Below the pieces are notes generated by a model that was given only the letters and a program-made list of their open reading frames with translations, was not told the origin of the DNA and made no database searches. A DNA stretch of 64,000 nucleotides, taken from the NCBI GenBank assembly GCA_012728165.1, contig JAAYFQ010000105.1:26120-90119 (forward strand), written 5' to 3'. Origin of the DNA: Synergistaceae bacterium (GTDB lineage: Bacteria > Synergistota > Synergistia > Synergistales > Synergistaceae). Shown piece after piece: positions 29,642 to 39,383 of the stretch (positions within the stretch are counted from its first letter, which is position 1; every line of letters begins with the position of its first letter). Made by a program: the position numbers and the translations under genes.

Positions 29642-29899
29642 ATGGCACATAAAAAGGGTCAAGGTAGTAGCACCAATGGTCGCGATAGTCAACCTAAATA
29701 TCTCGGTGTGAAACGTAGTGACGGAGCACTTGTAAACGCAGGAACAATTATAGTTCGTCAGCGCGGAACAAGATTTCATCCTGGAGATAACGTAGGTCTT
29801 GGTCGTGATTACACGCTTTTTGCTCTCGCAACAGGTACGGTTCGTTTTTTAACTAAGGCCAAAAGAAAGTTTGTAACTGTAGAACCTGTAACTCTTTAG
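29642..29899 (+). CDS. rpmA: 50S ribosomal protein L27 (no N-terminal propeptide)
   Basis: Begins directly with [15 protein letters not shown]. Confidence 0.95.
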   Translation: MAHKKGQGSSTNGRDSQPKYLGVKRSDGALVNAGTIIVRQRGTRFHPGDNVGLGRDYTLFALATGTVRFLTKAKRKFVTVEPVTL

Positions 29900-29924
29900 T
29901 TATAAAAAAAATTGAGTTATTTTT

Positions 29925-29951
29925 GGGGGCCTAATCTTAGGCCCCCTTTTT
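29925..29951 (+). terminator. Intrinsic terminator after rpmA
   Basis: GGGGGCCTAA-TC-TTAGGCCCCC hairpin followed by TTTTT. Confidence 0.85.
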
Positions 29952-29985
29952 AGATATTATTAAAAACACAAAAAGAGGTAATTTA

Positions 29986-31335
29986 ATGAAATTTATTGAT
30001 TCATTACGCATTTCCGTTAAGGCAGGAAGAGGCGGAAACGGATGCATGAGTTTTCTAAGAGAAAAATTTAAACCCAACGGTGGGCCTGATGGTGGGAATG
30101 GCGGTCGTGGTGGCAGTATAATATTTGAAGCAACTACAAATCTTCAATCACTTGCTGACTTAGAATATCAAAGAAATATAAAAGGATCTGACGGAATTCA
30201 TGGTAAGGGTAGTAGAAAAAATGGAGCAGCTGGTACTGATACACTTATAATGGTTCCCTGTGGCACAATCTTTTATGATTCAACAACTAATAATGGACTG
30301 GCGGACCTTGTCGAACCGGGAGATAGGTTTTTAGCTGCAAGAGGTGGCAGGGGAGGACGCGGAAACAGACACTTTGCAAGTTCTAGAAGAAAAGCGCCTA
30401 GATTTTGTGAAATGGGTGACATAGGTGAAGAGATTGAGCTCCGTTTGGAACTACGCTTAATTGCAGATGTCGGGTTAGTTGGAGTACCAAATGTTGGCAA
30501 ATCAAGCATACTTGCAGCAATATCAAACGCTGAACCCAAAATTGCAGAATATCCATTTACAACTCTATCTCCTAACTTGGGTGTTTTAAATACAGGGGAT
30601 GAAAGAGTAATCATTGCAGATATTCCGGGACTTATTGAAGGAGCTTATCTAAACAAGGGGCTGGGATTAGAATTCCTAAGACATATTTCTAGAAGTAGAC
30701 TTTTAGTTCATGTCCTTAGCTTTGATAATTACAATTTCGATAACCTTATTGCTGAATTTGAAACCGTTAGAAATGAAATGCGTTCTTATGATACACAGCT
30801 AGACGAACGACCTTATTTTGTTGTTGGCAATAAACTTGATACAGTTGATGAGCCTGAAGAAATTGTTAAAACTCTTCAATCGTTTTTTGATAAAAAAAAT
30901 ATTCCTTTCTGCGCTATCAGCGCTTTAACTGGAGAGGGAATTCCACAACTTGTAAAACAAATAATAAAATTTACCAACGCGAACCCTAGACCCCATAGTG
31001 AAGTTAGACTGTATGCACTGGCGGAACAAGGTTTAGAAAAAATACCGATGCGACAAAGAAATAAAATTGAGATAATTAACCTCCATGGTGGTGGTTATCA
31101 GGTGATGCACAAACAGCTTGAAAAAGCCGTAGAAAGATACGATCTTAGTCAAGATGAGAATGTTGGACGTTTCATACTTCTACTCAGAAAATATAAAGTA
31201 GAGCAACTTCTTGAAGTAGCAGGAGCAAAAGCAGGAGATTCGGTAACTATTGGATATAAAGAATTTGAATTTTATCCAGACTATTTTCCTCCAGAATTGA
31301 GTAAAGAAGAAGCAAGTGAAATACAAGACAACTAA
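29986..31335 (+). CDS. obg: GTPase Obg/CgtA
   Basis: Glycine-rich Obg fold (GGNGC.SF.REK, GGPDGGNGGRGG), G domain (GVPNVGKSS, DIPGLIEGA, NKLD, SA) and a C-terminal OCT-like extension. Confidence 0.93.
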   Translation: MKFIDSLRISVKAGRGGNGCMSFLREKFKPNGGPDGGNGGRGGSIIFEATTNLQSLADLEYQRNIKGSDGIHGKGSRKNGAAGTDTLIMVPCGTIFYDSTTNNGLADLVEPGDRFLAARGGRGGRGNRHFASSRRKAPRFCEMGDIGEEIELRLELRLIADVGLVGVPNVGKSSILAAISNAEPKIAEYPFTTLSPNLGVLNTGDERVIIADIPGLIEGAYLNKGLGLEFLRHISRSRLLVHVLSFDNYNFDNLIAEFETVRNEMRSYDTQLDERPYFVVGNKLDTVDEPEEIVKTLQSFFDKKNIPFCAISALTGEGIPQLVKQIIKFTNANPRPHSEVRLYALAEQGLEKIPMRQRNKIEIINLHGGGYQVMHKQLEKAVERYDLSQDENVGRFILLLRKYKVEQLLEVAGAKAGDSVTIGYKEFEFYPDYFPPELSKEEASEIQDN

Positions 31336-31364
31336 TAGATACAAATAAAACAATGGAGATTAAT

Positions 31365-31985
31365 ATGAATAACTGCCCTAAGCGTAAGATTGGAATAATG
31401 GGAGGAACCTTTGACCCAATACATTACGGACATCTTAGAGCTGCCGATGAAGCCCACGCAGCTTTAGGTTTATCTGAAGTAATTTTTATACCCACAGGAT
31501 TTCCGCCACATAAAAAAGAACATAAAGTTTCCTCTGCAGAAAATCGCTATCTAATGACATTATTAGCTACAACTGATTGTCCTTATTTTAGTGTTTCAAG
31601 AATCGAAATCGATAGAAATGGTGCAAGCTATACTATTGATACTTTAAATGATTTAATTGCAATGCCAAAATACACAAACGCGGAATTTTATTTTATTACA
31701 GGGCTAGATGCAGTTATGAATATTCTTACATGGAAGAACACCGGTGATGTTCTGAAAACGTGTAAATTTGTCGCAGTAAGCCGATTCGGATATACACATG
31801 AGCGTGTTGAAGAAGAGCTTTCCAAAAGATTAGCAGATGCAATAATTCACCTTGAAATTCCCCTTCTTGCGATATCAAGCACAGAGTTGCGCGATAGAAT
31901 AAAGAACAACAGGAGCATTCGGTTTTTGGTACCACCATTAGTTGATAATTTTATAACAAAAAACAACCTTTATAAAGAAACATAA
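31365..31985 (+). CDS. nadD: Nicotinate-nucleotide adenylyltransferase
   Basis: GGTFDPIH.GH motif and ISST.LR motif. The start was set at GGAG, 6 nt, ATG. Confidence 0.9.
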   Translation: MNNCPKRKIGIMGGTFDPIHYGHLRAADEAHAALGLSEVIFIPTGFPPHKKEHKVSSAENRYLMTLLATTDCPYFSVSRIEIDRNGASYTIDTLNDLIAMPKYTNAEFYFITGLDAVMNILTWKNTGDVLKTCKFVAVSRFGYTHERVEEELSKRLADAIIHLEIPLLAISSTELRDRIKNNRSIRFLVPPLVDNFITKNNLYKET

Positions 31986-31998
31986 CGGAGGTATTTCA

Positions 31999-33420
31999 GT
32001 GAGATTTAATAAGAAAACAGCTATTATTTTAATTATTTGTGCTTTTTTTTCTTTGACAGCAGGAGTAGGATTGCGTTTTTATAATGCTTTGCATTCCAGT
32101 TCAAGTGATATATTGAAAGAAGTTCAAAAAAACATAGACAGCGGAAGCGCCCAGTACAGAACATTAAAAGAACAGGGTAGATTTAACATTTTGGTAATGG
32201 GAGAAGATAACGTAGATAGCTCAAAAAGATCTGATACGATTCTATTTGTAACTATAGATATTGATGATAAAAATATAAGGGTATTGTCGCTTCCAAGAGA
32301 TACGAGAGTAGAAATACCTGGACATGGTATGCAAAAACTTAACCATGCCTTTGCGTTTGGTGGGCCTGATTTAATAAAAGCAACGGTTGAGAAATATCTT
32401 AATCAGCCGATACTTTATTACCTGGTCGTAGACTATGATTCTTTTCCCACCCTTGTTGATTCTTTAGGCGGAATTGATATAACCGTCGCAAAAAAAATGA
32501 GATATGTTGACCGTGCTGGCAAACTTGATATAAATATAGAACCCGGTTTACAGCATATGGACGGAAAAACGGCATTGAATTTTGTGAGATTTCGTAAAGA
32601 CGCGTCCGGAGATATTGGAAGAGTACAACGTCAACAGCAGTTTATAAAAGCTTTAATAAAAAAGGCATATGATCCGAGCATTATTATAAAAATACCTAAA
32701 ATAACTAGACAGCTTATAAAGTTGTTCAAAACAGACATGTCTCCAATGCTAGCAGTACAGTTAGCTGGGTTTATAGAAAATGAGCTTCCAAGAAATAGAA
32801 TACTTTTTTCAACCTTACATGGAACCCCTGAAATTATTGGGAAACTAAGCTACTGGATTGGTGATGTAAAGGAAGCAGAAATGTTCATTAATGAATCTGT
32901 TGATGTACTTTTATCCGGTAACGGAAATCAGAGTAAGGATTCTAAATATGCAGGAGTATCATTGGCTTATTCGAATGCTACAGATGATGTTAGTATAAAA
33001 CAACAAGACAGTAACGGTAGTAGTGCTGTGGTTCCCGTAGTTAGCAAAGAAGATATTTTGAAAAGTGTTAAGTCTATGTCTGATTCTGTTGCGGTTTTAA
33101 ATGGTACAGGAAAAGCTGGGATAGCAAATCAGGTTGCAACCAAACTGCAGCAACTTGGTGTAGATATTGTTCATATGGGAAACGCCAAGCACTTTGATTA
33201 CCAAACCATGAATATTATTTATCCAGTAAATTCTTCAGCCCTCAGCGTAAAAACAGCTGAGAATCTTGGAATTTTATTGAGTATCAGGAGCAGTCTAGTA
33301 CGACAGGATAAACAGGCATACTATGTGTCACTTATAATCGGACATGATTATAAACAAATACTTTCTAGATTGGATGAAATGATCGAGATAACAAATAAAA
33401 AAGAAAAAAATAAGCTATAA
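31999..33420 (+). CDS. LytR-CpsA-Psr (LCP) family protein with C-terminal LytR_C-like domain
   Basis: N-terminal TM anchor and LCP core (RSDTI.....D, LS.PRDT.V.IPG....KLN.A...GG, VRFR.D..GD.GR..RQQ.F). GTG start 7 nt after GGAGG. Confidence 0.85.
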   Translation: MRFNKKTAIILIICAFFSLTAGVGLRFYNALHSSSSDILKEVQKNIDSGSAQYRTLKEQGRFNILVMGEDNVDSSKRSDTILFVTIDIDDKNIRVLSLPRDTRVEIPGHGMQKLNHAFAFGGPDLIKATVEKYLNQPILYYLVVDYDSFPTLVDSLGGIDITVAKKMRYVDRAGKLDINIEPGLQHMDGKTALNFVRFRKDASGDIGRVQRQQQFIKALIKKAYDPSIIIKIPKITRQLIKLFKTDMSPMLAVQLAGFIENELPRNRILFSTLHGTPEIIGKLSYWIGDVKEAEMFINESVDVLLSGNGNQSKDSKYAGVSLAYSNATDDVSIKQQDSNGSSAVVPVVSKEDILKSVKSMSDSVAVLNGTGKAGIANQVATKLQQLGVDIVHMGNAKHFDYQTMNIIYPVNSSALSVKTAENLGILLSIRSSLVRQDKQAYYVSLIIGHDYKQILSRLDEMIEITNKKEKNKL

Positions 33421-33436
33421 ACGGAGGTCAAATTAC

Positions 33437-33823
33437 ATGGAAGTTAATAAAACAAAAGAAGAATTTTATAACCAATATAAACCAATAATTGATGCCTTAT
33501 TAGATAAACACGCACTAACGGTATCTATTCACGATCTTTCAGAAGTTTCTGGCTTTACAGAAGCCTTTATAGTTGCAATTGCAAAATCAGACCTACATGC
33601 TAAGACACTTAAAGCCACTGTAAGTGATTTATTAGACGAATTACACCTACCACATAAAGTTGAGGGTGAAAATAGCTCTAAATGGTGTTTAATGGATGCT
33701 GGACATGTGGTAGTCAACATATTAAGTAAAGACGGCAATGATTATTATCGTCTTGACTCACTTTGGGAAGATGCACCCGTAAGAAAATTTATTGATGAAG
33801 ATGAAGAAATTACATCAGTATAA
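33437..33823 (+). CDS. rsfS: Ribosomal silencing factor RsfS (iojap)
   Basis: About 120 aa with the ...D.F.I....S..H..A.. pattern, then W.L.D.G.VVV..... and Y.L..LW. It follows nadD, which is conserved synteny. Confidence 0.85.
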   Translation: MEVNKTKEEFYNQYKPIIDALLDKHALTVSIHDLSEVSGFTEAFIVAIAKSDLHAKTLKATVSDLLDELHLPHKVEGENSSKWCLMDAGHVVVNILSKDGNDYYRLDSLWEDAPVRKFIDEDEEITSV

Positions 33824-34086
33824 ATATTTATGCTGTTTTACTCAATAAGAAACTGTTTGATTAACAACAACCCAGAGCTTGTAAGAAGTAATTTAAATTC
33901 TGTAACAAAAAAAGAATCTTAATAAAGGCATAAAATAATTTTCAAGCATAACTTTCTGTTCAAAGTTAAATTCTAACAATTGAAAATGTTTAGTTTTAGT
34001 AGACACATTAGGAACACATTAGAAGTATTTATATTGAAGTAAGAGTAGCGATACCAAAATATTATCTATAACATAAACAAATAAAA

Positions 34087-34114
34087 AGTATAGTGGGTTA
34101 ATGCCCGCTATACT
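34087..34114. terminator. Bidirectional intrinsic terminator between the convergent rsfS (+) and tpiA (-) units
   Basis: AGTATAGTGGG-TTAATG-CCCGCTATACT (11 bp stem with one G.U pair), flanked by AAAAA upstream and TTTTA downstream. Confidence 0.7.
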
Positions 34115-34126
34115 TTTATGATAGTA

Positions 34127-34154
34127 ATGTCTTATAATATATCTTATGTTATGT
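34127..34154. other. Candidate dif site (XerC/XerD recombination site) at the probable replication terminus
   Basis: ATGTCTTATAA-TATATC-TTATGTTATGT. My hand alignment gives 20/28 identities to B. subtilis dif (ACTTCCTAGAA-TATATA-TTATGTAAACT) and 18/28 to E. coli dif, with 9/11 in the XerD arm. It lies exactly at the switch from + to - gene orientation. Confidence 0.5.
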
Positions 34155-34189
34155 TTGCAGCTTGTCAAAACTTTTTATTATTTTTTTAC

Positions 34190-34975
34190 TTATAAAGCAG
34201 CTTTAATTATGTTCATAAAACTATCTATCTCTAAAGAGGCGCCTCCGACAAGAACACCATCAATATCGTTCTCTATAAGAAAAGATGCGGTGTTATTTGG
34301 TTTTACACTCCCGCCATAAAGAACGATTAGCTTATTTGCAATCTTTTCACCAAATGCTTCAGAGATTAAGTTTCTTATATACGAACATACTTCTTGAGCA
34401 TCTATATTATTTGCAGTTATTCCAGTTCCTATAGCCCAGACTGGTTCGTATGCAATAATAATTTTGTCTGAAATAATTTGTGGATTGATTCCTTTAAGAG
34501 CATCCAAAAGTTGTTTTTTAATAACACTAAATGTGTTTGCTGATTTCCGATCATCAAGAAGCTCTCCAACACATAATACCGAAACCAGTCCTGCATTGAC
34601 TGCAGCAGTCAACTTCTTGTTGATAATATCATTTGTTTCAAGAAATATGTTGCGTCTTTCACTATGTCCTATAATAATATGAGTGCATCCTACCTCTTTA
34701 AGCATTGAAGCCGAAATTTCACCGGTAAAAGCTCCATTTTCTTGCCAATACATATTTTGCGCACCAATAAGAATAGGTGCATTTGTCTTTAATTCTATTG
34801 CTCTAGTAATAGAGATTGAAGGTGGAAATATAGCAATTTCTAACTTTTTCTCATCAATTGCTTTAGTCACATTTTTTGAGATCAAAAGTTCATCAACAAA
34901 TCGGGATATAAATTCAGACGTACCTTCAGGTCCTTTAAACATTTTCCAATTTCCTGCTATAAATTTTTTTCTCAT
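34190..34975 (-). CDS. tpiA: Triosephosphate isomerase
   Basis: AGNWKM, the IGHSERR catalytic motif, YEPVWAIGTG, and YGGSV. Confidence 0.95.
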   Translation of the reverse strand: MRKKFIAGNWKMFKGPEGTSEFISRFVDELLISKNVTKAIDEKKLEIAIFPPSISITRAIELKTNAPILIGAQNMYWQENGAFTGEISASMLKEVGCTHIIIGHSERRNIFLETNDIINKKLTAAVNAGLVSVLCVGELLDDRKSANTFSVIKKQLLDALKGINPQIISDKIIIAYEPVWAIGTGITANNIDAQEVCSYIRNLISEAFGEKIANKLIVLYGGSVKPNNTASFLIENDIDGVLVGGASLEIDSFMNIIKAAL

Positions 34976-35076
34976 TTATATGCTCCTTCCTGTTAATATA
35001 AAACTTAACAGCTTCTCCTTTAAAAAATTTTTTATTTTTATATCTTATATCTTATTAATTTAGAAATAAATTAATT

Positions 35077-36270
35077 TTAATTTAAAATTAGAGGTTCAAT
35101 TCCGGGAAGCATTTTGCCTTCAAAAAACTCTAGGCTGGCTCCTCCACCACTTGATACATGAGATACAATATCTTTATCTTGGAATTCCGTTACTGCTGCA
35201 GCGGAATCACCACCGCCAATTAATGTAAATGCTCCATTTCTCCTTGTAACATCACCTAATAATAAAGCTATTGCTTTTGTTCCTTTTGAAAAGTTTTTTA
35301 TTTCAAAAACACCCATTGGGCCGTTCCAAAGAACTGTTTTTGCAAGTTCTATTTCTTTACTAAATAGTTCGACTGTTCGTGGTCCGATATCCAGACCAAT
35401 TTTATCTAAAGGAATTTCGTCAACAGAAACTGTTGTACAAGAAGAGTTAGCATTACATTCGTTTGCAACAACGACATCAACTGGTAGTAATATTTTGACT
35501 CCTTGCTCTTTGGCATGTTTTAATGTATCTTTTGCGTAATCAAGTCGTTCGTAATCGCAAAGAGATTTACCTATTTCACATCCTGATGCCTTTAAAAAAG
35601 TAAAAGCCATACCCCCTCCAATAAGAATTGAATCGACTTTTTTCATTAGATTTTTAACAGCACCTATTTTGTCTGTTACTTTTGCTCCACCAAGTATTAA
35701 AATAAATGGTTTTACAGGATTATCTCTTACAGAACTTAGTATTTTTATTTCTTCTTGCATTAGATTTCCAGCGTAAGTTGGTAATATTTTTGTTATTGCT
35801 ACTGTTGATGCATGTGGTCTATGTGCAACACTAAATGCGTCCATAACAAAAATATCAAAATTTTCAGCTAATTTTATCGCGAATTCAAGATCGTTTTTTC
35901 CCTCTTCAGGATAAAAACGAACGTTCTCAAGTAGAAGAATATCCTCTTGATTGCAATTCAAAACTGCTTTTTTGACCTCTTGGCCAATGCAATCATGAAC
36001 AAAGTTTACATTCCATCCTGTTATTCGAGCCAATTCAATACCCATAGGTTCAAGCGAAAAGTTGAAATTACGAGTTCCTTCAGGTCTTCCTAAATGTGAA
36101 AGTAAGGCAACCTTTGCACCAGCATCTAATAACGTTTTGATGGTTGCTATGTGTGAGACTATGCGCTTATTATCTGTTATCTCTCCATTATTAAAGGGAA
36201 CATTAAAGTCGACTCTTAGTAAAACTTTTTTTCCTACAACTTCTTCAGGAGTAAAAGTTCTGAGATGCAT
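35077..36270 (-). CDS. pgk: Phosphoglycerate kinase
   Basis: RVDFNVP, SHLGRP, GGAKV.DKI and GGGDS motifs. Confidence 0.95.
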   Translation of the reverse strand: MHLRTFTPEEVVGKKVLLRVDFNVPFNNGEITDNKRIVSHIATIKTLLDAGAKVALLSHLGRPEGTRNFNFSLEPMGIELARITGWNVNFVHDCIGQEVKKAVLNCNQEDILLLENVRFYPEEGKNDLEFAIKLAENFDIFVMDAFSVAHRPHASTVAITKILPTYAGNLMQEEIKILSSVRDNPVKPFILILGGAKVTDKIGAVKNLMKKVDSILIGGGMAFTFLKASGCEIGKSLCDYERLDYAKDTLKHAKEQGVKILLPVDVVVANECNANSSCTTVSVDEIPLDKIGLDIGPRTVELFSKEIELAKTVLWNGPMGVFEIKNFSKGTKAIALLLGDVTRRNGAFTLIGGGDSAAAVTEFQDKDIVSHVSSGGGASLEFFEGKMLPGIEPLILN

Positions 36271-36273
36271 AGC

Positions 36274-37293
36274 TTACAGTCCTTTCATGAATATATAATT
36301 AGCAAGATCTATAACTCTTTTACTATAAGCCCATTCATTGTCGTACCAAGAAAGAACTTTAACCATATTGTCACCTATTACAAGAGTATGTCTTGGCGCA
36401 AAAATGGATGAGTGGCTATCACCAACAAAATCCATTGACACAAGATCTTCGGATTCGTAGCCAAGAATGCCCTTAAGTTTGCCCTCAGAATACTTTTTCA
36501 TAGCTGCGTTTACTTCATCTACTGTTACTTTCTTCTCAAGTATAACAGTAAGATCTACGACAGAAACGTCAGGAGTAGGAACACGGAGTGCTAGTCCATT
36601 GAGTTTGCCTTTTAGTTCCGGCATTACTTCAGAAATGGCTTTTGCTGCACCCGTTGTAGTTGGAATAATTGACAGAGCAGCGGCTCTTCCGCGCGCCATA
36701 TTTGCCTTAGGAAAGTCAAGTGTTACTTGGTCATTTGTGTATGAATGGATAGTGTTCATTAGCCCCTGAACTATTCCGAACTCGTCCTGAAGAACTTTGC
36801 ATATTGGTGCAAGACAGTTGGTTGTACAAGAAGCGTTTGAAATTATATTATGTGTTTTTGGATTGTAAATGTTTTCATTGACACCCATAACAATTGTTGC
36901 ATCAACATTCTTAGCTGGGGCAGAAATAATAATTTTCTTTGCACCTGCAGAAATATGGGCAGAAGCTTTTACAGCATCTGTAAATCGCCCTGTTGACTCA
37001 ATGACCAAATCAACTCCAAGTTCTTTCCAAGGGAGCTTTGTAGGATCAGGCTCTGCAACTGTTTTTATTTTATGGTCTTTTACAACTAGATCATCTCCAT
37101 CTAGATAAACTTCTCCAGGAAAACGCCGAAATACTGAATCATACTTTAGAAGATATTCAAGTGATGCTGCTGGAGTAAGGTCATTGACAGCAACAATATC
37201 AAAAAAATTGTCTATTTCATTTGCAAAGAATGAACGAAGTGAAAGACGTCCGATTCTTCCAAAACCGTTAATTGCAACTTTATACTTTGACAT
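36274..37293 (-). CDS. gap: Glyceraldehyde-3-phosphate dehydrogenase (type I)
   Basis: INGFGRIGR, the active site SNASCTTNCLAP, and WYDNEW.YS. Confidence 0.95.
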   Translation of the reverse strand: MSKYKVAINGFGRIGRLSLRSFFANEIDNFFDIVAVNDLTPAASLEYLLKYDSVFRRFPGEVYLDGDDLVVKDHKIKTVAEPDPTKLPWKELGVDLVIESTGRFTDAVKASAHISAGAKKIIISAPAKNVDATIVMGVNENIYNPKTHNIISNASCTTNCLAPICKVLQDEFGIVQGLMNTIHSYTNDQVTLDFPKANMARGRAAALSIIPTTTGAAKAISEVMPELKGKLNGLALRVPTPDVSVVDLTVILEKKVTVDEVNAAMKKYSEGKLKGILGYESEDLVSMDFVGDSHSSIFAPRHTLVIGDNMVKVLSWYDNEWAYSKRVIDLANYIFMKGL

Positions 37294-37320
37294 AAAAATG
37301 CCTCCTTAATAATATTTTAA

Positions 37321-37351
37321 ATAGGACGACAAGTTTATTCTGTCGTCCTAT
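37321..37351 (-). terminator. Hairpin between the debranching-enzyme gene and gap (probable partial terminator)
   Basis: Inverted repeat ATAGGACGACA...TGTCGTCCTAT (11 bp arms). On the - strand it is followed by UUAAAAUAUU. Confidence 0.55.
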
Positions 37352-37387
37352 TTACAGTTTTGTGACTATAAATTTAGAGTCATCTTC

Positions 37388-39358
37388 TTAATCTTCAGGC
37401 CCAAGATCCTCATAGAGGACTCTTAAAAGCTCTCCGAGTGCGTTGGCACTCAGAACATCTCCCTGTGGTCTATATGGCATTATTCCATCAAAAAACTCAG
37501 CAACACCACCTAGACAGCCATGCCTAATATGGGAATTGAACGGTCTCATAAATATCCAACCAAGATCTTTTCTGGATGGATTATATTTTAGATATGCAGT
37601 AATAAAATGTCCAAGCAGCCAGGTCCATGCCATTCCACGGAAACGCGCTTTTTGTCTCTGGTCTAATCTGCCTTCTGAACGTCCTTTAAATTTATCGTGA
37701 TGAGGTGCAAGAGTGCGTAAACCATAAGTTGTGTATAATTCGTCCCAGCAAAGACGTAGCACTTTTATAGACAATTCTTTATCATTTAATGGACTATATG
37801 GAAGCGATATGGCTAAAATCTGGTTTGGTCTAATTGATGTATCCTGTTTCTGAACTTCAGGATCAACAAAATCGTAAAGACCGTTTATCTCAGAGCACCA
37901 AAAAACGTCTTTAAAGGTTTTAGCACATAACTTTGCAGCACTAGCATATTTTTCTTTTTGACTTTCATCAGCGTACTTTTCAGCTACTTTCAGTGCATTG
38001 AACCAGAGTGCATTAACTTCGACAAGATATCCCGTTCTTGTAACTATTTCTTCTCCATTAATAACTCCGTGCATCCATTGTCTTGGAGAATCTGTTTTTT
38101 TAAGGCAAAGGAGACCATTTTCACTATATACTGTGTCAAGCTCAGGAATACCACATAAATACTTATCTACAATGGATTTTACTGCGTCAGTAACTGGTTC
38201 AACGGGTTCGGTATTCTTTGTGTCTTTTATATGTGTTAAATACTTGTCCGCAGCATAAACAAACCAAAGTCCATCATCCATGCCCTCAAAGATAGGTTTT
38301 CCATCAAGAGAAATAAATTCAGGCATTATCCAATCGTTATCTCTAGCTCTTTCAATCCAAAGATTTAGAGTGCGTACAGCAACGGATTCTCTTCCTGTGG
38401 CAAGAGTTAAACCTGGAAGAGAAATAAAGGTATCTCTTGCTCTCGTTTTTACAGACGGATAACCCGAATAGATTGAAGATGTTGAATCTAATCTATCATC
38501 TACAAGATGATAGGATGCAAAAATCATGTCTTGTTCTGCACTGCTGAGTGCGGGCAAATTAGCTTGCTCAAGTATGTTTTCAAATCTATCAGCTGTCTCT
38601 TTTTCCATTGCAATCAGATCTTCCATAGAGTAAGAACTAGGTTCTGTAGAAAGAACTACATATATAACATCGCCTTCAGAAATCTCTTTAACAAGAGAAC
38701 CAGGAGACCATAGCTTATCAACAGATAATGAATCAACATTGTCATCTTGTTTATAAAATATATTTTCAAACCACAAGGGTTTAATTGACCACTCTCCAGA
38801 TGAGACAGAGCAGAAACTTTTAAGTCCTCTTCCTTCTACAGCTAAGGACGTAGCGTTGAGGTTGGTGGCGATAAATTTGTTTTTGTCATCACCAGAGACC
38901 TCGTTGTTTAACCTGTGTGCGAACAGAGGGCGTAAATCCAATTTTACTTTATCCGGTGAAGCGAGCAGTTCATATTTCAGAACTGTGCAAGCCTTACCAT
39001 GAGGCATAAAAATTGACTTCTTAAGGAGGATACTGTGAATTATAAACAACATGCTAGGGAAGGGATTACCTTGATATTCTTGAAGATAGCGATATCCGTC
39101 GGGATATACTAAATCTTTGTAACGATTTGTGGAAAGTTGATATTTTTTGTTTTGATAAGAAATTGTTTCTTCAATTTTACTTATAAGAACTGAATGTTGA
39201 GTTTCTTCTTTAGGACGGGTAACTAAGAGTCCATGTTCTCTTCTGGTATTAGCTCCAATAACTGTTGAGAACCCGTAACTCCCTAAGCCGTTTGAAACTA
39301 AAAATTCTCTTCCCGCCCCCTTATCATAGGTGTTTACATCTGCTTTTCCAAGATACAT
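37388..39358 (-). CDS. Glycogen debranching enzyme (amylo-alpha-1,6-glucosidase family, GDE_N plus GDE_C architecture)
   Basis: About 655 aa. It has an N-terminal bacterial GDE domain (REFLV.NG.G.Y...V.G.NTR..HGLL) and a C-terminal (alpha/alpha)6 glucosidase domain (WFNAL, IRPNQ, GLRTL, Y.G....RD..YHQG..W.WL-like segments). The start was set 9 nt after GGAG. Confidence 0.8.
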   Translation of the reverse strand: MYLGKADVNTYDKGAGREFLVSNGLGSYGFSTVIGANTRREHGLLVTRPKEETQHSVLISKIEETISYQNKKYQLSTNRYKDLVYPDGYRYLQEYQGNPFPSMLFIIHSILLKKSIFMPHGKACTVLKYELLASPDKVKLDLRPLFAHRLNNEVSGDDKNKFIATNLNATSLAVEGRGLKSFCSVSSGEWSIKPLWFENIFYKQDDNVDSLSVDKLWSPGSLVKEISEGDVIYVVLSTEPSSYSMEDLIAMEKETADRFENILEQANLPALSSAEQDMIFASYHLVDDRLDSTSSIYSGYPSVKTRARDTFISLPGLTLATGRESVAVRTLNLWIERARDNDWIMPEFISLDGKPIFEGMDDGLWFVYAADKYLTHIKDTKNTEPVEPVTDAVKSIVDKYLCGIPELDTVYSENGLLCLKKTDSPRQWMHGVINGEEIVTRTGYLVEVNALWFNALKVAEKYADESQKEKYASAAKLCAKTFKDVFWCSEINGLYDFVDPEVQKQDTSIRPNQILAISLPYSPLNDKELSIKVLRLCWDELYTTYGLRTLAPHHDKFKGRSEGRLDQRQKARFRGMAWTWLLGHFITAYLKYNPSRKDLGWIFMRPFNSHIRHGCLGGVAEFFDGIMPYRPQGDVLSANALGELLRVLYEDLGPED

Positions 39359-39383
39359 GCCCACCATCTCCTTATTAGTGTCA

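Noticed and set aside
34003-34022. Direct repeat ACACATTAG-GA-ACACATTAG (11-nt period) in the rsfS-tpiA spacer.
   Set aside because: It has only two short copies in AT-rich non-coding DNA, with no palindromic partner and no adjacent promoter. This is consistent with chance.
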